A stretch of 32,000 bases of DNA from Candidatus Saccharimonadota bacterium (GTDB taxonomy: Bacteria > Patescibacteriota > Microgenomatia > UBA1406 > GWC2-37-13). Positions 13,548 to 22,997 of the stretch are shown piece by piece. The notes under the pieces were generated by a model that saw only the letters and a list, made by a program, of their open reading frames with translations, ran no database searches and was not told the DNA's origin. Both the position numbers and the translations under genes were made by a program. The stretch's first letter is position 1, and each line of letters starts with the position of its first letter. The stretch spans positions 210,001 through 242,000 of the forward strand of contig CP066689.1 of NCBI GenBank assembly GCA_016432445.1, read 5' to 3'.

Positions 13548-16500
13548 ATGGTAAATACGCCTGTGGCCGAAAGATCAACAGCTGGGATAAGAGAAGGCGT
13601 GGTGGATATAAAAATCCCCCTGGCAGAAGTTTTGGGGCCAAAAAATGAAGCAGAATTGCTAAAGCTTTTGAAAAGTCTAGAAATAGAAGCAAAAAACGCT
13701 AAAGTTGCCGCCAAACAAGAACAAAATAAAAAAAATAATGTTATTTCAATTAATAAAGGAGAAGAAAATAAGGGAGATGAAAAAAGTCTTAAGTTAGTAG
13801 AAAGTTCAGTTAAGCAAATTATTATTGCCTGCAATAATAATCCCAATCTTATTCCATCAAATTTGTCCGAAGCTAATCGTCATATGCTTGGTAATTTGAT
13901 GTTTCGGTTAAGAAACGTAGATCAGATTAATCCATCAACTTCTCCTTACATTTATGAGATTATCCAAAAGGCCATGAATAATCAGGCCAATCCATTGGAG
14001 ATATTATCAAAAGATGATTTGAAGTTTTTAGCGGCAGCTGATGAATATCTTCATCGACAAATACAAGATGTCATGACTGCTGCGGCCAGCAGAGCCGGTA
14101 TTGATCAAAAGACAATAGACCATTTTAAAACTGAGACAGTGCCTCCTAAAGTAACTGTTGATTCAGTAATTAATAGTCGTTTCGAACAAGAAGAGGGTAG
14201 TGCCGAATGGCTTCAGCGTCAGGAAAGAGGGATAAGTGATTATTATGATCTAAAAGAACCAAAGGAGGTACGTCTGTTAACAGCATTGTATTCAAATGAA
14301 GGTTTTGGCAAGTATATAGCTGAGACTATTAGGCAAACCATCAGTGAAGTTGGTGAAGCAGATAGAGCTTTATTGGGTAGAACTGTTAGTAAAAAAATCG
14401 AAGAGGACATGGTGCTTCTTTTCAGTAAAGTTTTCCGTAAAGCTGATGAATCAATGCCTCACGAGTTTTGGGATGAGATCGTTAAAGAAGGTTTTTATTC
14501 TTCAATTGAGATGACTTTTCACAATATGAAAAATGAGATCATCAAAAGAGGCGAGTACATGGAAAAATTGATGGCAAATCTTAAATATAATAATCAGCCT
14601 TTACCGACAGAGTTAGATGATTTAACAAAAATAGATTTTTATAGACGTTTCTCAGTTGAAGAATATCAGCCTCAAGATATAAAACGGAAAGATGGTACGA
14701 TTAAAACAGATTATGTAAAAAGAGTAGTTCCTTCGCCTGGATTTCAAAAAAGCAAAGTAAACGAGTTCACAAGAGCGCTTCAGGTTCTTATAGATCAGGA
14801 AGCAGATTTTAGAAAATATGGTCATAATGTAAGAGCTTTATTTTATAAACCAGGAGGTGAGGGAGGCTTCTGGAACTCTTTAGCACAATATGCTAATGAA
14901 TTTCCAGCTGTAGATCTTGACTCAATGACTTTTTTGCCAGATAGTGATATTTTTATGAGTGCGGCTCGTCTTTATACAAAATATTTAGAGGAGGATTTCG
15001 CGGTAAAAGACTGGGTTCATGATGCCAATATGTTTGCTAATGGCTTTCAAAGTACTAGAACTACCATTGAAGAAAATATTTTAGCAACCTTAAAAAGACA
15101 GTATGGAAAAGATATTAAAACAGAAGAATGGAGATTAAGAAGAGCCATGAATATGGGTGTGGCTATAGCCCGGGGAATCTTGATGACTGAGCCTGAGATT
15201 GCCGCCTGGGCTCTTCCTAGCATGAAGCGGGCTAAAGGTATGGCTCCAACTTTCGTTAGCTATTATCTTAATGACAATACGGCTTTAAGCACTCTTAATC
15301 CTCTTCATCATTTTTTAAGATGGCAGGCAGACGTAATCTTACAGCATAATGTGGCTTTTTTCCCGGTTGACGGGCCGACACCCAAGTTTACTGAAAAAGC
15401 TGATCACACTAAGTTGTGGGACTTAGCAGAAAAATATAGAGAGACTTTTTATGACGGTGGAAATGTTCTTAGTAAGGAAACTTTAGGCCGTAGGATTTTT
15501 TTGGAGGTTCTGCCAAATTTTGGAAAGGTAGGCAGTATTTTTACCCGTGCCGGCTGGAGAAATGAGAATGCCATTGATGGTTGGCTTGTTCACGATGGTA
15601 ATAAAACGAAGTTAGATTATCTTAAGTCATGGAAATCTTTAGAAAACATTGGTTTTGAACCTTTGTACTCTTTTGCCACTGCTATTGATGATAATCTTAA
15701 GAGCGCTTTAACTAATCCGGAATCAATGCTGGATATGGAAGCTATTGAAAAAGGAGTGGAGGAGGAAATTACCAAAGGTAAATATCAAAGACGGGAAAAA
15801 GATCAAAAAATTGAGGAGGCAGTTGAAGCTAAAAAAAAGGAGATAACTGAAAAAATAGCGGAAAGAGAAAAAATTTTTAAATACATATTTAATAAATATA
15901 TCCTTGATCCTTCTCAAAGACATCTTGATACCTTAAATTTGGATGTTCCTGATCCAGCTTATGAAGCTGAGGTTGCCAAACAAAGGGTAATCGCCGAGCA
16001 AACAGTAGATGGAAAGATTAAACAAGGAGATCAGTTTGTTAAGGACGACCGTGAAAATGAGATTATTAAAGAAACATATAGTCGTATCCTTTATAAAGGA
16101 TTAGCTGGAGTATTACGTGACCGTATGCCTGCAAAATTTCTCAGGATAGACCGTGATCGTAACTCGGTTGATGGGGAAAGCCGTTGGAAAAAAGTAAGAA
16201 ATGCTTTAATAGGTAAGACTGGATGGCCGGCAAAAGGTGTTAACGCAATGCAAGAGATGGCTATTCCATATGATCAGGCTATGAAAGATTTAGCTTTGGT
16301 TGAAACTCAACTTAGAGTGCATACTTCAGAAAAAATGAAAAAACATCTAGAGCAATATACTAATAATCCTTTAAGTTATGAGTTACATAGCGCTAAAATT
16401 TATGATTACATTCTTGATGATCGAACGATTGAGGAAGTTTTAAATGAGAATCTAGGAGATGAAACTGAGATTACTGCTGCAGAGAAGACTGCCCGTATAA

Positions 16501-17399
16501 AACGTGCCAAAGATGTTTTAAGATTAACCAATGAATTATATTTACATAATGAAAATTTTAAAGAAGTTGAAGGAATAAAATTAAATGGTCAACCAGTTCA
16601 TAAAAGTTTTCTTGATACGTTTGCTGACCAGATGATGGATAAATCGAAACATTTTCCTTTTGCCTTAGCTACTGACGAAGTGGATACTTACTTTTTAGCT
16701 TATAGGGCAGCCGGTCCCAGCATTATAAGAAGAGCTTTGGGTGATACTTCGCAAGTTGAGCAAGTAGTGTTGAAAGAAACTATTAATTATCTTGGTCTTT
16801 TTTCAAACTTAGCAATTACACCAAGCGATGAAAATTTTCATAAATTAGGAGCTCCGCTTAAAAAAATTTGGGACACAATGAATAGTATTCATGGTACAGA
16901 AATAGCCAATGAGCTAGTACACCATTTAGCCGCTTTAGCTCCGGCTTACTTTAAAACAGATACAGACGCCCGTTTGCTTTGGATGAAACTGGCGAGAGTT
17001 GGGACATATAAGTCAGTAGCGGCCAAGATAGCCGGTAGAAAATTAGGGATTTGGGAATGGGATGTTGAAAAAGGCGATAAATGGGCAATGACTTTATCAG
17101 ATTTAGGGATTCAGCCAAAAGAACCTTATCAGAGTGGTAAAGCTCCTTATAAAAAAGAAGATGTTAAAATACGTATTCCTTTTACTAACAGGAAAATTAA
17201 GATAGGCGAAAAAAAAACTCTTCGAAAACCGGATTTTAAATACTCAATTAAGAAGTTTAGAGAAGATTTTGGTGCAACAGGAAAACATATTGCTGCAGAA
17301 CTATTTATGAAGTGGGGTCCGATATTAATTTTTTTCCTGTTGTATCAGTTTATTACTAAGGCGTTTAAAGAGGCAACCGGTGAGGGTCAAAAAGGATAA
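13548..17399 (+). CDS. 1283-aa hypothetical protein with a single C-terminal TM helix (orphan)
   Basis: Long uninterrupted ORF with a charged coiled-coil-like stretch (EAIEKGVEEEITKGKYQRREKDQKIEEAVEAKKKEITEKIAEREK) and a C-terminal WGPILIFFLLYQFIT helix. I found no Walker A and no catalytic motif. Confidence 0.7.
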   Translation: MVNTPVAERSTAGIREGVVDIKIPLAEVLGPKNEAELLKLLKSLEIEAKNAKVAAKQEQNKKNNVISINKGEENKGDEKSLKLVESSVKQIIIACNNNPNLIPSNLSEANRHMLGNLMFRLRNVDQINPSTSPYIYEIIQKAMNNQANPLEILSKDDLKFLAAADEYLHRQIQDVMTAAASRAGIDQKTIDHFKTETVPPKVTVDSVINSRFEQEEGSAEWLQRQERGISDYYDLKEPKEVRLLTALYSNEGFGKYIAETIRQTISEVGEADRALLGRTVSKKIEEDMVLLFSKVFRKADESMPHEFWDEIVKEGFYSSIEMTFHNMKNEIIKRGEYMEKLMANLKYNNQPLPTELDDLTKIDFYRRFSVEEYQPQDIKRKDGTIKTDYVKRVVPSPGFQKSKVNEFTRALQVLIDQEADFRKYGHNVRALFYKPGGEGGFWNSLAQYANEFPAVDLDSMTFLPDSDIFMSAARLYTKYLEEDFAVKDWVHDANMFANGFQSTRTTIEENILATLKRQYGKDIKTEEWRLRRAMNMGVAIARGILMTEPEIAAWALPSMKRAKGMAPTFVSYYLNDNTALSTLNPLHHFLRWQADVILQHNVAFFPVDGPTPKFTEKADHTKLWDLAEKYRETFYDGGNVLSKETLGRRIFLEVLPNFGKVGSIFTRAGWRNENAIDGWLVHDGNKTKLDYLKSWKSLENIGFEPLYSFATAIDDNLKSALTNPESMLDMEAIEKGVEEEITKGKYQRREKDQKIEEAVEAKKKEITEKIAEREKIFKYIFNKYILDPSQRHLDTLNLDVPDPAYEAEVAKQRVIAEQTVDGKIKQGDQFVKDDRENEIIKETYSRILYKGLAGVLRDRMPAKFLRIDRDRNSVDGESRWKKVRNALIGKTGWPAKGVNAMQEMAIPYDQAMKDLALVETQLRVHTSEKMKKHLEQYTNNPLSYELHSAKIYDYILDDRTIEEVLNENLGDETEITAAEKTARIKRAKDVLRLTNELYLHNENFKEVEGIKLNGQPVHKSFLDTFADQMMDKSKHFPFALATDEVDTYFLAYRAAGPSIIRRALGDTSQVEQVVLKETINYLGLFSNLAITPSDENFHKLGAPLKKIWDTMNSIHGTEIANELVHHLAALAPAYFKTDTDARLLWMKLARVGTYKSVAAKIAGRKLGIWEWDVEKGDKWAMTLSDLGIQPKEPYQSGKAPYKKEDVKIRIPFTNRKIKIGEKKTLRKPDFKYSIKKFREDFGATGKHIAAELFMKWGPILIFFLLYQFITKAFKEATGEGQKG

Positions 17400-17439
17400 G
17401 ATTGAATTTGAGTAAAGATTAGGTTATTCTAAAGATAGA

Positions 17440-18216
17440 ATGAAAAAAATTATTTTCCTTTGCCTCTTCTTATTATTAACAGCTTCTTTTTTAATTTTCT
17501 CTCCAAGCAAAATATATGCCTTGGGTTTGTCTAATAATGCAGCAGAGAATATGTCAGGAATAAGCTGCGGTATTCCTGATTCATCTATTAACAGATGTTG
17601 TGCTCCTTTGTCATTTAAAGTTGATCTTAGTTTTGATAATAAATTTTTAGATGTTCCTTTAACTATATTTCGAGCCCCTCTTGAGTTTTTAGGCAATGGA
17701 ATTGTTATGGGGTTAATTGATATTTACGGTAAGGTTGAGAGATCAATAACAAAGACTAATGGATGCATTAAAGGTATCCCAAGTACAGAGAATCCGGCTG
17801 ATCCAAACTGTATTTGTAGCGATGCTAATTCCTCATCTTTAAAATCCATTTCTTATTTATGTGAGAAAATAGTTTCTCCAGATGAGAAAAAGCAGTGTAA
17901 AGCCTGTATTATTGGCGGTACTGCCAATACAAAAGCAGGTATCTGGACAGCAATAGGTTGTGTTCGGGGTGACTTAAGTTCATTTATTCAAGACACTGTG
18001 CTTAGCTGGGGTTTAAGATTGGCCGGTTTAATTGCTCTGCTTTGTATTATTTATTCGGCTTTTAGACTACAGGTTTCAAGGGGTAACCCTGAGGCTATTA
18101 AAAAAGCTCAGGAAATGCTTACTTCCTGCATAATGGGATTACTGCTTATTATCTTTTCAGTTTTTATATTAAGAATAATCGGAGTTGATATCTTAAGAAT
18201 CCCGGGTTTCGGTTAA
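17440..18216 (+). CDS. Secreted Cys-rich domain fused to a VirB2/TrbC-like two-TM pilin module
   Basis: Signal peptide MKKIIFLCLFLLLTASFLIFSPSKIYA. About 10 Cys in residues 40-175. The C-terminus is TM, SRGNPEAIKKAQ, TM, matching the pilin-like paralogs. Confidence 0.65.
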   Translation: MKKIIFLCLFLLLTASFLIFSPSKIYALGLSNNAAENMSGISCGIPDSSINRCCAPLSFKVDLSFDNKFLDVPLTIFRAPLEFLGNGIVMGLIDIYGKVERSITKTNGCIKGIPSTENPADPNCICSDANSSSLKSISYLCEKIVSPDEKKQCKACIIGGTANTKAGIWTAIGCVRGDLSSFIQDTVLSWGLRLAGLIALLCIIYSAFRLQVSRGNPEAIKKAQEMLTSCIMGLLLIIFSVFILRIIGVDILRIPGFG

Positions 18217-18239
18217 TAGGAATTGACTTACTCAGATTT

Positions 18240-18283
18240 AGGATTAGGATGTATTCTTTTGAGGATGAGGATGTATTCCTTTG
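18240..18283. repeat. 22-nt tandem duplication straddling the stop codon of the VirB6-like gene
   Basis: AGGATTAGGATGTATTCTTTTG / AGGATGAGGATGTATTCCTTTG (2 mismatches). Confidence 0.7.
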
Positions 18284-19959
18284 ACACTTTCATCAAACCC
18301 TGGTAAGAACTTTAAGAATTTGCCTAATCCGGCTGTATTAGCACCGTAAACTATGGATGAGTATTGATGAAGTATGCCCATAGCTCCGCCTGTCCCAGTA
18401 CCGGCTCCGCCAAAGAAGACTCCAAGGTTAAGACCCAAAGGCAAGCCTTTGACACCCATAAACTCTTTTATTAGCTTAACAAGTTCAGGTACCATAAAAA
18501 TAATAGCCATCCCGAGAACTATGGCAAAATTTTTAGGATTAAGGCCATATAAAAATGGAGGTTGCCAAACATTGTAGTTGGAATTAATCGTAACATTTAT
18601 TAATACCCGCGCCGTAACCATAATAAGAATGACAGCGGGAAAAACAATAATCTCGGCCAGCAAATTTTTAAACCAATAAGAAAAACCGCCTTTTCCGGGA
18701 ACCGCTTCAAAAAGCATAAAAATGGGCGCAAATATAATCATAAGAATGATTTTAAGATAAGTCATAAGCAACAAAAAGAAAATCCTAAATAATAGCAAAA
18801 GCATAGTAAAAAATATAAGTAATCCTAGTATCCAGCCGGCGCCGTAAACAAGACTCACGATTAAAGCTAAACCAACACCTATTGCTAAAAGAGGTATGCC
18901 AAATATAATACCTCTAGGTAAAGAACCAAGAGAGTTACCTAAAACATCTAAATTATTTAATATTGATGGTAAACCAACAAAGTCATTGAGCTTCATATAG
19001 TCCTTTAGTAAAGGAAAGCCTAAGAAAAGCAAACCTAAAAGTCTAACGCCATCATTTATCCATGATGGCAAAATCTCAGCCAGCCCCTGTCCTAACTGAA
19101 ATAAATGAATAAATCCTCCAAATATAGGAATTCCTGTCTCCCAGCTTTTAATGGGAAACATACTGTCCCAGATAGTGCCAAACTGAGCCGCTGTGTATTG
19201 GTTTTGCAGTTGAGACTCAATTAAAGTAGGGTCGGCTTTGGCTAAAACAGAGATGCCCAAAACAATAATTACATACATAAAATCAATTAAAAATCCAGCT
19301 ATGGCAAAGGAAAAAGTAATGTAAATAAGGGATAAAACAATTTTGGGAAGAGCGCTTTCAACCGAGATTACAGTTTGAGGGTTAAGTTTCATCCTAAACA
19401 TAACCATAAAACCGATAAGTATAATTACCACGACTAATATTAAATAAGCCACATCACGCATAACTTTCCAGATGTTCATAAGCGGTCTTATAGCCGAGAA
19501 ACCAACGCCTTCAGCCGCAAAAGCTTGAGGCACTATCCCGGCATTCTGCAATCCCGAGTATGTCCAGTAAACGCCTGAGGCGGGAGGATTGGTAAAGGGA
19601 AAAGTAATTAACCCGCTGGCTTTTCCCAACAAACTATTTTTAAAATTTTTATCAGCATTACCTTGATTATCATTGCAATTTTCTCCTAGGAGCTTACACA
19701 AAAGCGCTTGATGGATTTGAGATAAAGCTTTAGTTTCTTTTTTTTCGGCAAGTTTAGGGTCATTAAATGATTCATAAAGTTTTTGCCGCTCAGTTTTTAA
19801 AGGGTTAACAGAAGCTGTTTTTTTATCACTTGTTAGGTATAAAAAAAGATTGATAACAGCAAACAAAACAATAACAACAATGGTTATCTTTTGAAGTGTA
19901 ATTAAGCCTTTTTTTATCCCGCCGAGCATAACATTCATTGTATACTTCTTCGCTTTCAA
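18244..19959 (-). CDS. Polytopic membrane protein, VirB6/TrbL-like (tentative)
   Basis: About 570 aa: an N-terminal TM, a roughly 100-aa loop, many further hydrophobic segments and a Gly-rich tail (FFGGAGTGTGGAMG). The ORF start at 19959 is TTG. ATG alternatives are 19938 and 19929; the latter lies 7 nt downstream of TACAAT (19937-19942, minus strand). The call rests on topology and context, not on a motif. Confidence 0.45.
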   Translation of the reverse strand: MKAKKYTMNVMLGGIKKGLITLQKITIVVIVLFAVINLFLYLTSDKKTASVNPLKTERQKLYESFNDPKLAEKKETKALSQIHQALLCKLLGENCNDNQGNADKNFKNSLLGKASGLITFPFTNPPASGVYWTYSGLQNAGIVPQAFAAEGVGFSAIRPLMNIWKVMRDVAYLILVVVIILIGFMVMFRMKLNPQTVISVESALPKIVLSLIYITFSFAIAGFLIDFMYVIIVLGISVLAKADPTLIESQLQNQYTAAQFGTIWDSMFPIKSWETGIPIFGGFIHLFQLGQGLAEILPSWINDGVRLLGLLFLGFPLLKDYMKLNDFVGLPSILNNLDVLGNSLGSLPRGIIFGIPLLAIGVGLALIVSLVYGAGWILGLLIFFTMLLLLFRIFFLLLMTYLKIILMIIFAPIFMLFEAVPGKGGFSYWFKNLLAEIIVFPAVILIMVTARVLINVTINSNYNVWQPPFLYGLNPKNFAIVLGMAIIFMVPELVKLIKEFMGVKGLPLGLNLGVFFGGAGTGTGGAMGILHQYSSIVYGANTAGLGKFLKFLPGFDESVKGIHPHPQKNTS

Positions 19960-20003
19960 AATGCAAGGGAAGAAAATGCTGTAAATGGTACAATTATTTT
20001 AGA

Positions 20004-20783
20004 ATGAATATCTTAAAAAGATTTTTAATCTTATCTTTTTTTATTATTTTTCTTTTTTGGGGTTTTCTATCGTCAACTTATGCCGAAAATGATAATTCTT
20101 CATCAGGTTCAACAATAAAAGAGTTTCTTAAAATCTTTTTTCCTTCTTCCTCAGGTTTTCAAAATAACATCTCTCAGTTATCAGCTGATTCTCCAAATAA
20201 CAATCAATTACAACCTCAAGAGGCAATCTCTGTTAAGAGTTTAAGGGAACTTTTCTCAGAAATTGAAAAAAAAGTTCAGATACCGGCAAGAATCATTGAA
20301 GGAGTCATGCTAGTTGAGTCGCCAGGTTTACTTAATCCAGAGTCACCTAATTTTTTAACTGATGAGCAAGTGCAGGAATATTCCCGACCTGGTGCAGTAA
20401 TTCCTGGGTGCCGCGCTAATGCCTGCTCAGCCATGGGGCCAATGCAGATGACAACAGGGATTGACAACAGCGGTTCAAGCAGCTGTTCAGACTGCGGTCT
20501 AAACGTATGTCCTAATGCTTGGGCAGGTTTTGGAGACAGTGTTAATACTTTTGGTGGCTACTCTCATTTATCTAATCCTTGCAATCTTCGCGATAACATC
20601 TATGCAGCCGCGGCTAAACTGAAAGATAATAGCGGTGCCGGCTCAGGAGTGTGGACAAAAGAACAGGTTTACCGTGCCGCTGAAAGATATTATGGTTCAT
20701 GCAGTGATAAATACCGTTATGAACGGTTGGATAACAAAACATATTGCGAGTTTTTGTGGTGGTATTATACCGGCCAGGATTAA
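20004..20783 (+). CDS. Secreted lytic transglycosylase-like (SLT/VirB1-like) Cys-rich protein
   Basis: Signal peptide MNILKRFLILSFFIIFLFWGFLSSTYA. SLT-like motifs VMLVES (Glu-Ser) and AMGPMQMT (GxMQ), then IYAAAAKL and AAERYYG. The ATG at 20004 is preferred over 19938. Extended -10 TGgTACAAT at 19986-19994. Confidence 0.55.
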   Translation: MNILKRFLILSFFIIFLFWGFLSSTYAENDNSSSGSTIKEFLKIFFPSSSGFQNNISQLSADSPNNNQLQPQEAISVKSLRELFSEIEKKVQIPARIIEGVMLVESPGLLNPESPNFLTDEQVQEYSRPGAVIPGCRANACSAMGPMQMTTGIDNSGSSSCSDCGLNVCPNAWAGFGDSVNTFGGYSHLSNPCNLRDNIYAAAAKLKDNSGAGSGVWTKEQVYRAAERYYGSCSDKYRYERLDNKTYCEFLWWYYTGQD

Positions 20784-20786
20784 TTT

Positions 20787-21260
20787 ATGGAAAAAAACCG
20801 TATTTATATAATTATTTTTGTCCTTCTTTTTATCCTGGTGATTTTATTGGGTACGGTTAATCTGTTTTCTTCAACTAAGAAAAATGAACAGTCTTTAATT
20901 TCAATTTCAAGTCCGGTTACTCCAACCACCAACTTAGTTTTTCCATCAAATTTTCCCTATGTTTCACCGGCTGTTACATCTGAATTAGCGCCATCAACAA
21001 CAATTTCTTCCACAAAAGTGATAACGGCATTAGAGCTCGCATATCCTTTAAAATATGAAAACTTAATTATTGATTATATTCAGATTAGAAAGCAGATAAT
21101 TATTTTTTATCCAAAAGAAAAACAGCAAGCTGAAACAGTATTTAAGCAATTTTTAAACCAGTATCAAACAAATGAGCAAGAATTTGCAGGTATGAAAATT
21201 GATTACATTGGTTTAACCCGTGATCCTAACGAACCGGTTCCCGGATCTTTACTTCAATAA
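20787..21260 (+). CDS. N-terminally anchored small protein with a shared C-terminal ~60-aa domain
   Basis: N-terminal TM IYIIIFVLLFILVILLGTV and an S/T/P linker. The C-terminal LAYPLKYENLIIDY..IIIFYPKEK..FKQFL..KIDY aligns with the C-termini of 22530..22997 and 21254..22537. Confidence 0.6.
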   Translation: MEKNRIYIIIFVLLFILVILLGTVNLFSSTKKNEQSLISISSPVTPTTNLVFPSNFPYVSPAVTSELAPSTTISSTKVITALELAYPLKYENLIIDYIQIRKQIIIFYPKEKQQAETVFKQFLNQYQTNEQEFAGMKIDYIGLTRDPNEPVPGSLLQ

Positions 21261-22537
21261 TAGATTATTTGCAAGTGTCTTATCCAGGATGGATCTTCAA
21301 CTCCGTAGGACAATAAAAAATTTTGAAACTCTAGGTTTCCTTCATTTGATTGAGCACTTGATATTTCAACAATAACTTTATTGATACTAATATCATTCCT
21401 TATACTAAAATACTGGCCACTATAGGGTGTTTGTTGAGCTATCATTTGTCCAACTAATTGTTCTTTGCGGATAAACTCTTCTTCTTCTTTATTGGTAATT
21501 AAACCGCTATGTTCTGAAGGATAAATATTGTTAGAGCGTTCATTTTTTAAAACACTGATAATATAGCTTATTTGTTCAAGAACTTGAGGGTGAACCAGAA
21601 CTGCTCCGTGTCCATCAAAGCCGCCTTTAATCATGGTTCTTTGTTCTTTTAGTTTGGCTGATTCATCTGACTCTTTGGCATCAAGCATGCTATTTATCCG
21701 CTGATATTCTTCAAGCTTTTCATCAACATATTTTGATATGGGAAACTCTACCCATTGTTCCATGGAAAATAGAGTTTGCATCCTTTTACCGCCTATGACC
21801 TGAGTTGAGGCGAGCGCATAAGCATATTTTGGCGCAACAACTAAATCATCAAATGAAGCAAATGATATGTATCTCACTCCTTGGCTGACTAGATCATTTA
21901 CTTCATTTTCTACTCTAGAATCAATATCTTCTTCCTGAGCTCTTTCTAAATAAAATTGACCTGCTTCGCCGCCTATTATGGGGGCAAGCCAAGTGTCGGT
22001 GGGAGTAGGAATAATATCAGCTCCTTTTAAAGCTCCATCTAAGGATATGACGGCAGCCGTTTTGCCGGCATGTTTTTTAGCCAACTCATGAGCTAAATAT
22101 CCTCCCTGGCTGTGGCCGATAATGACAAACTTATCTTCAGGAAAGTTTTCTTCGTACCAATTCATTAATTTATCCATGTTCTCAACGCTTGTATATGGAT
22201 GTTGAGTTGAGTCTTGATGATCATAATGTTCACCAAGCCGAGGGTTATTGTCATTTACGCGGTAAGAGATATCTAAAACATCATATTCGTCAAATCCGGC
22301 CGAGTAAATTGCTTGTTCTTTTAAATATTTAAAACTTTCCTGATCATCAGCCGTTGCCCCAAGACCGGGGATAATTATAAATTTTAAACAAGGTTCACTA
22401 TTTCTTCTTTTCCATGTCCCGTCCCAATGCTCAACCCATAATTCACGTGTCCATTCTTTAGGTAAAAAAGCTGCGGCAGCTGTTAATCCTGCGGCTTGTA
22501 AAAATTGTCGGCGGGATAACCGCCATTGTTCACTCAT
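21254..22537 (-). CDS. Tat-exported alpha/beta hydrolase (lipase/esterase-like) with the shared C-terminal domain
   Basis: Twin-arginine signal LSRRQFLQAAGLTAAAAFL. Nucleophile elbow IIGHSQGG. C-terminal PYSGQYFSI..EGNLEFQNFL..WIRHLQIIYY. Confidence 0.7.
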   Translation of the reverse strand: MSEQWRLSRRQFLQAAGLTAAAAFLPKEWTRELWVEHWDGTWKRRNSEPCLKFIIIPGLGATADDQESFKYLKEQAIYSAGFDEYDVLDISYRVNDNNPRLGEHYDHQDSTQHPYTSVENMDKLMNWYEENFPEDKFVIIGHSQGGYLAHELAKKHAGKTAAVISLDGALKGADIIPTPTDTWLAPIIGGEAGQFYLERAQEEDIDSRVENEVNDLVSQGVRYISFASFDDLVVAPKYAYALASTQVIGGKRMQTLFSMEQWVEFPISKYVDEKLEEYQRINSMLDAKESDESAKLKEQRTMIKGGFDGHGAVLVHPQVLEQISYIISVLKNERSNNIYPSEHSGLITNKEEEEFIRKEQLVGQMIAQQTPYSGQYFSIRNDISINKVIVEISSAQSNEGNLEFQNFLLSYGVEDPSWIRHLQIIYY

Positions 22538-22997
22538 AGTTGATTACGAGCAAGTTTTTTCTTATCCATAATCTGTCTTGAATGCCATTTTTTTTCAAAA
22601 AAGCGTCAAACTCTTCATTGCCTTCTTTTTCTTTTGACTTAGGGATAGTGACTACATACTGAGCTTTATTGTAATCATTAATCATCTTGAAGTTTTTTCC
22701 TGAGTAAGGCAGAAGATTAAGCAACCGGCCAACCGCAGCTTCTTTTTCAACAATTGGAGACTCAGCTTTGTTTATTTCTTGAGCGCTTTTTTTATAATCC
22801 TGGTTTACAAAAGGAGCGTCAAAAGATAAGGGAGTTGGGGATAGTTTTGATGGAATAAAATCGGTAGGTATAACTGATTTACTATCATAAGAGTTTGATT
22901 TTTTAACATTTTGTTTTTGCAGTAAAGTAGTTACAATTATCAAGAAAATTGTCACGATTAAAAAAACAACAACTATGATTTTAATTTTATAATTCAT
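22530..22997 (-). CDS. N-terminally anchored small protein with the shared C-terminal domain
   Basis: N-terminal TM, then LPYSGKNFKMINDY..VVTIPKSKEKEGNEEFDAFL..WIRKNLLVINY. The start overlaps the upstream stop (ATGA), and there is an 8-nt overlap with the downstream gene. Confidence 0.6.
   Translation of the reverse strand: MNYKIKIIVVVFLIVTIFLIIVTTLLQKQNVKKSNSYDSKSVIPTDFIPSKLSPTPLSFDAPFVNQDYKKSAQEINKAESPIVEKEAAVGRLLNLLPYSGKNFKMINDYNKAQYVVTIPKSKEKEGNEEFDAFLKKNGIQDRLWIRKNLLVINYE

Noticed and set aside
12759-13846. Minus-strand ORFs 12759-12947 and 13526-13846
   Set aside because: They are antisense to jag and to the 5' end of the 1283-aa gene respectively, and give hydrophobic or low-complexity shadow translations.
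16200-16215. Possible P-loop (LIGKTGW) in the 1283-aa protein
   Set aside because: The residue five positions before the Gly is Arg, so it does not fit [AG]xxxxGK[ST], and no Walker B follows.
15723-18577. ORFs 15723-15923 (-), 17424-17696 (-) and 18374-18577 (+)
   Set aside because: They are antisense to the 1283-aa gene, the Cys-rich pilin fusion and the VirB6-like gene. The sense partners have signal peptide or TM logic and these do not.
17436-20005. TAGAAT hexamers overlapping the start codons at 17440 and 20004 (TAGAATGAA in both)
   Set aside because: A -10 box overlapping the ATG cannot drive that start codon. This is probably a chance match in AT-rich sequence. The gene at 17440 is most simply co-transcribed with the upstream 1283-aa gene.
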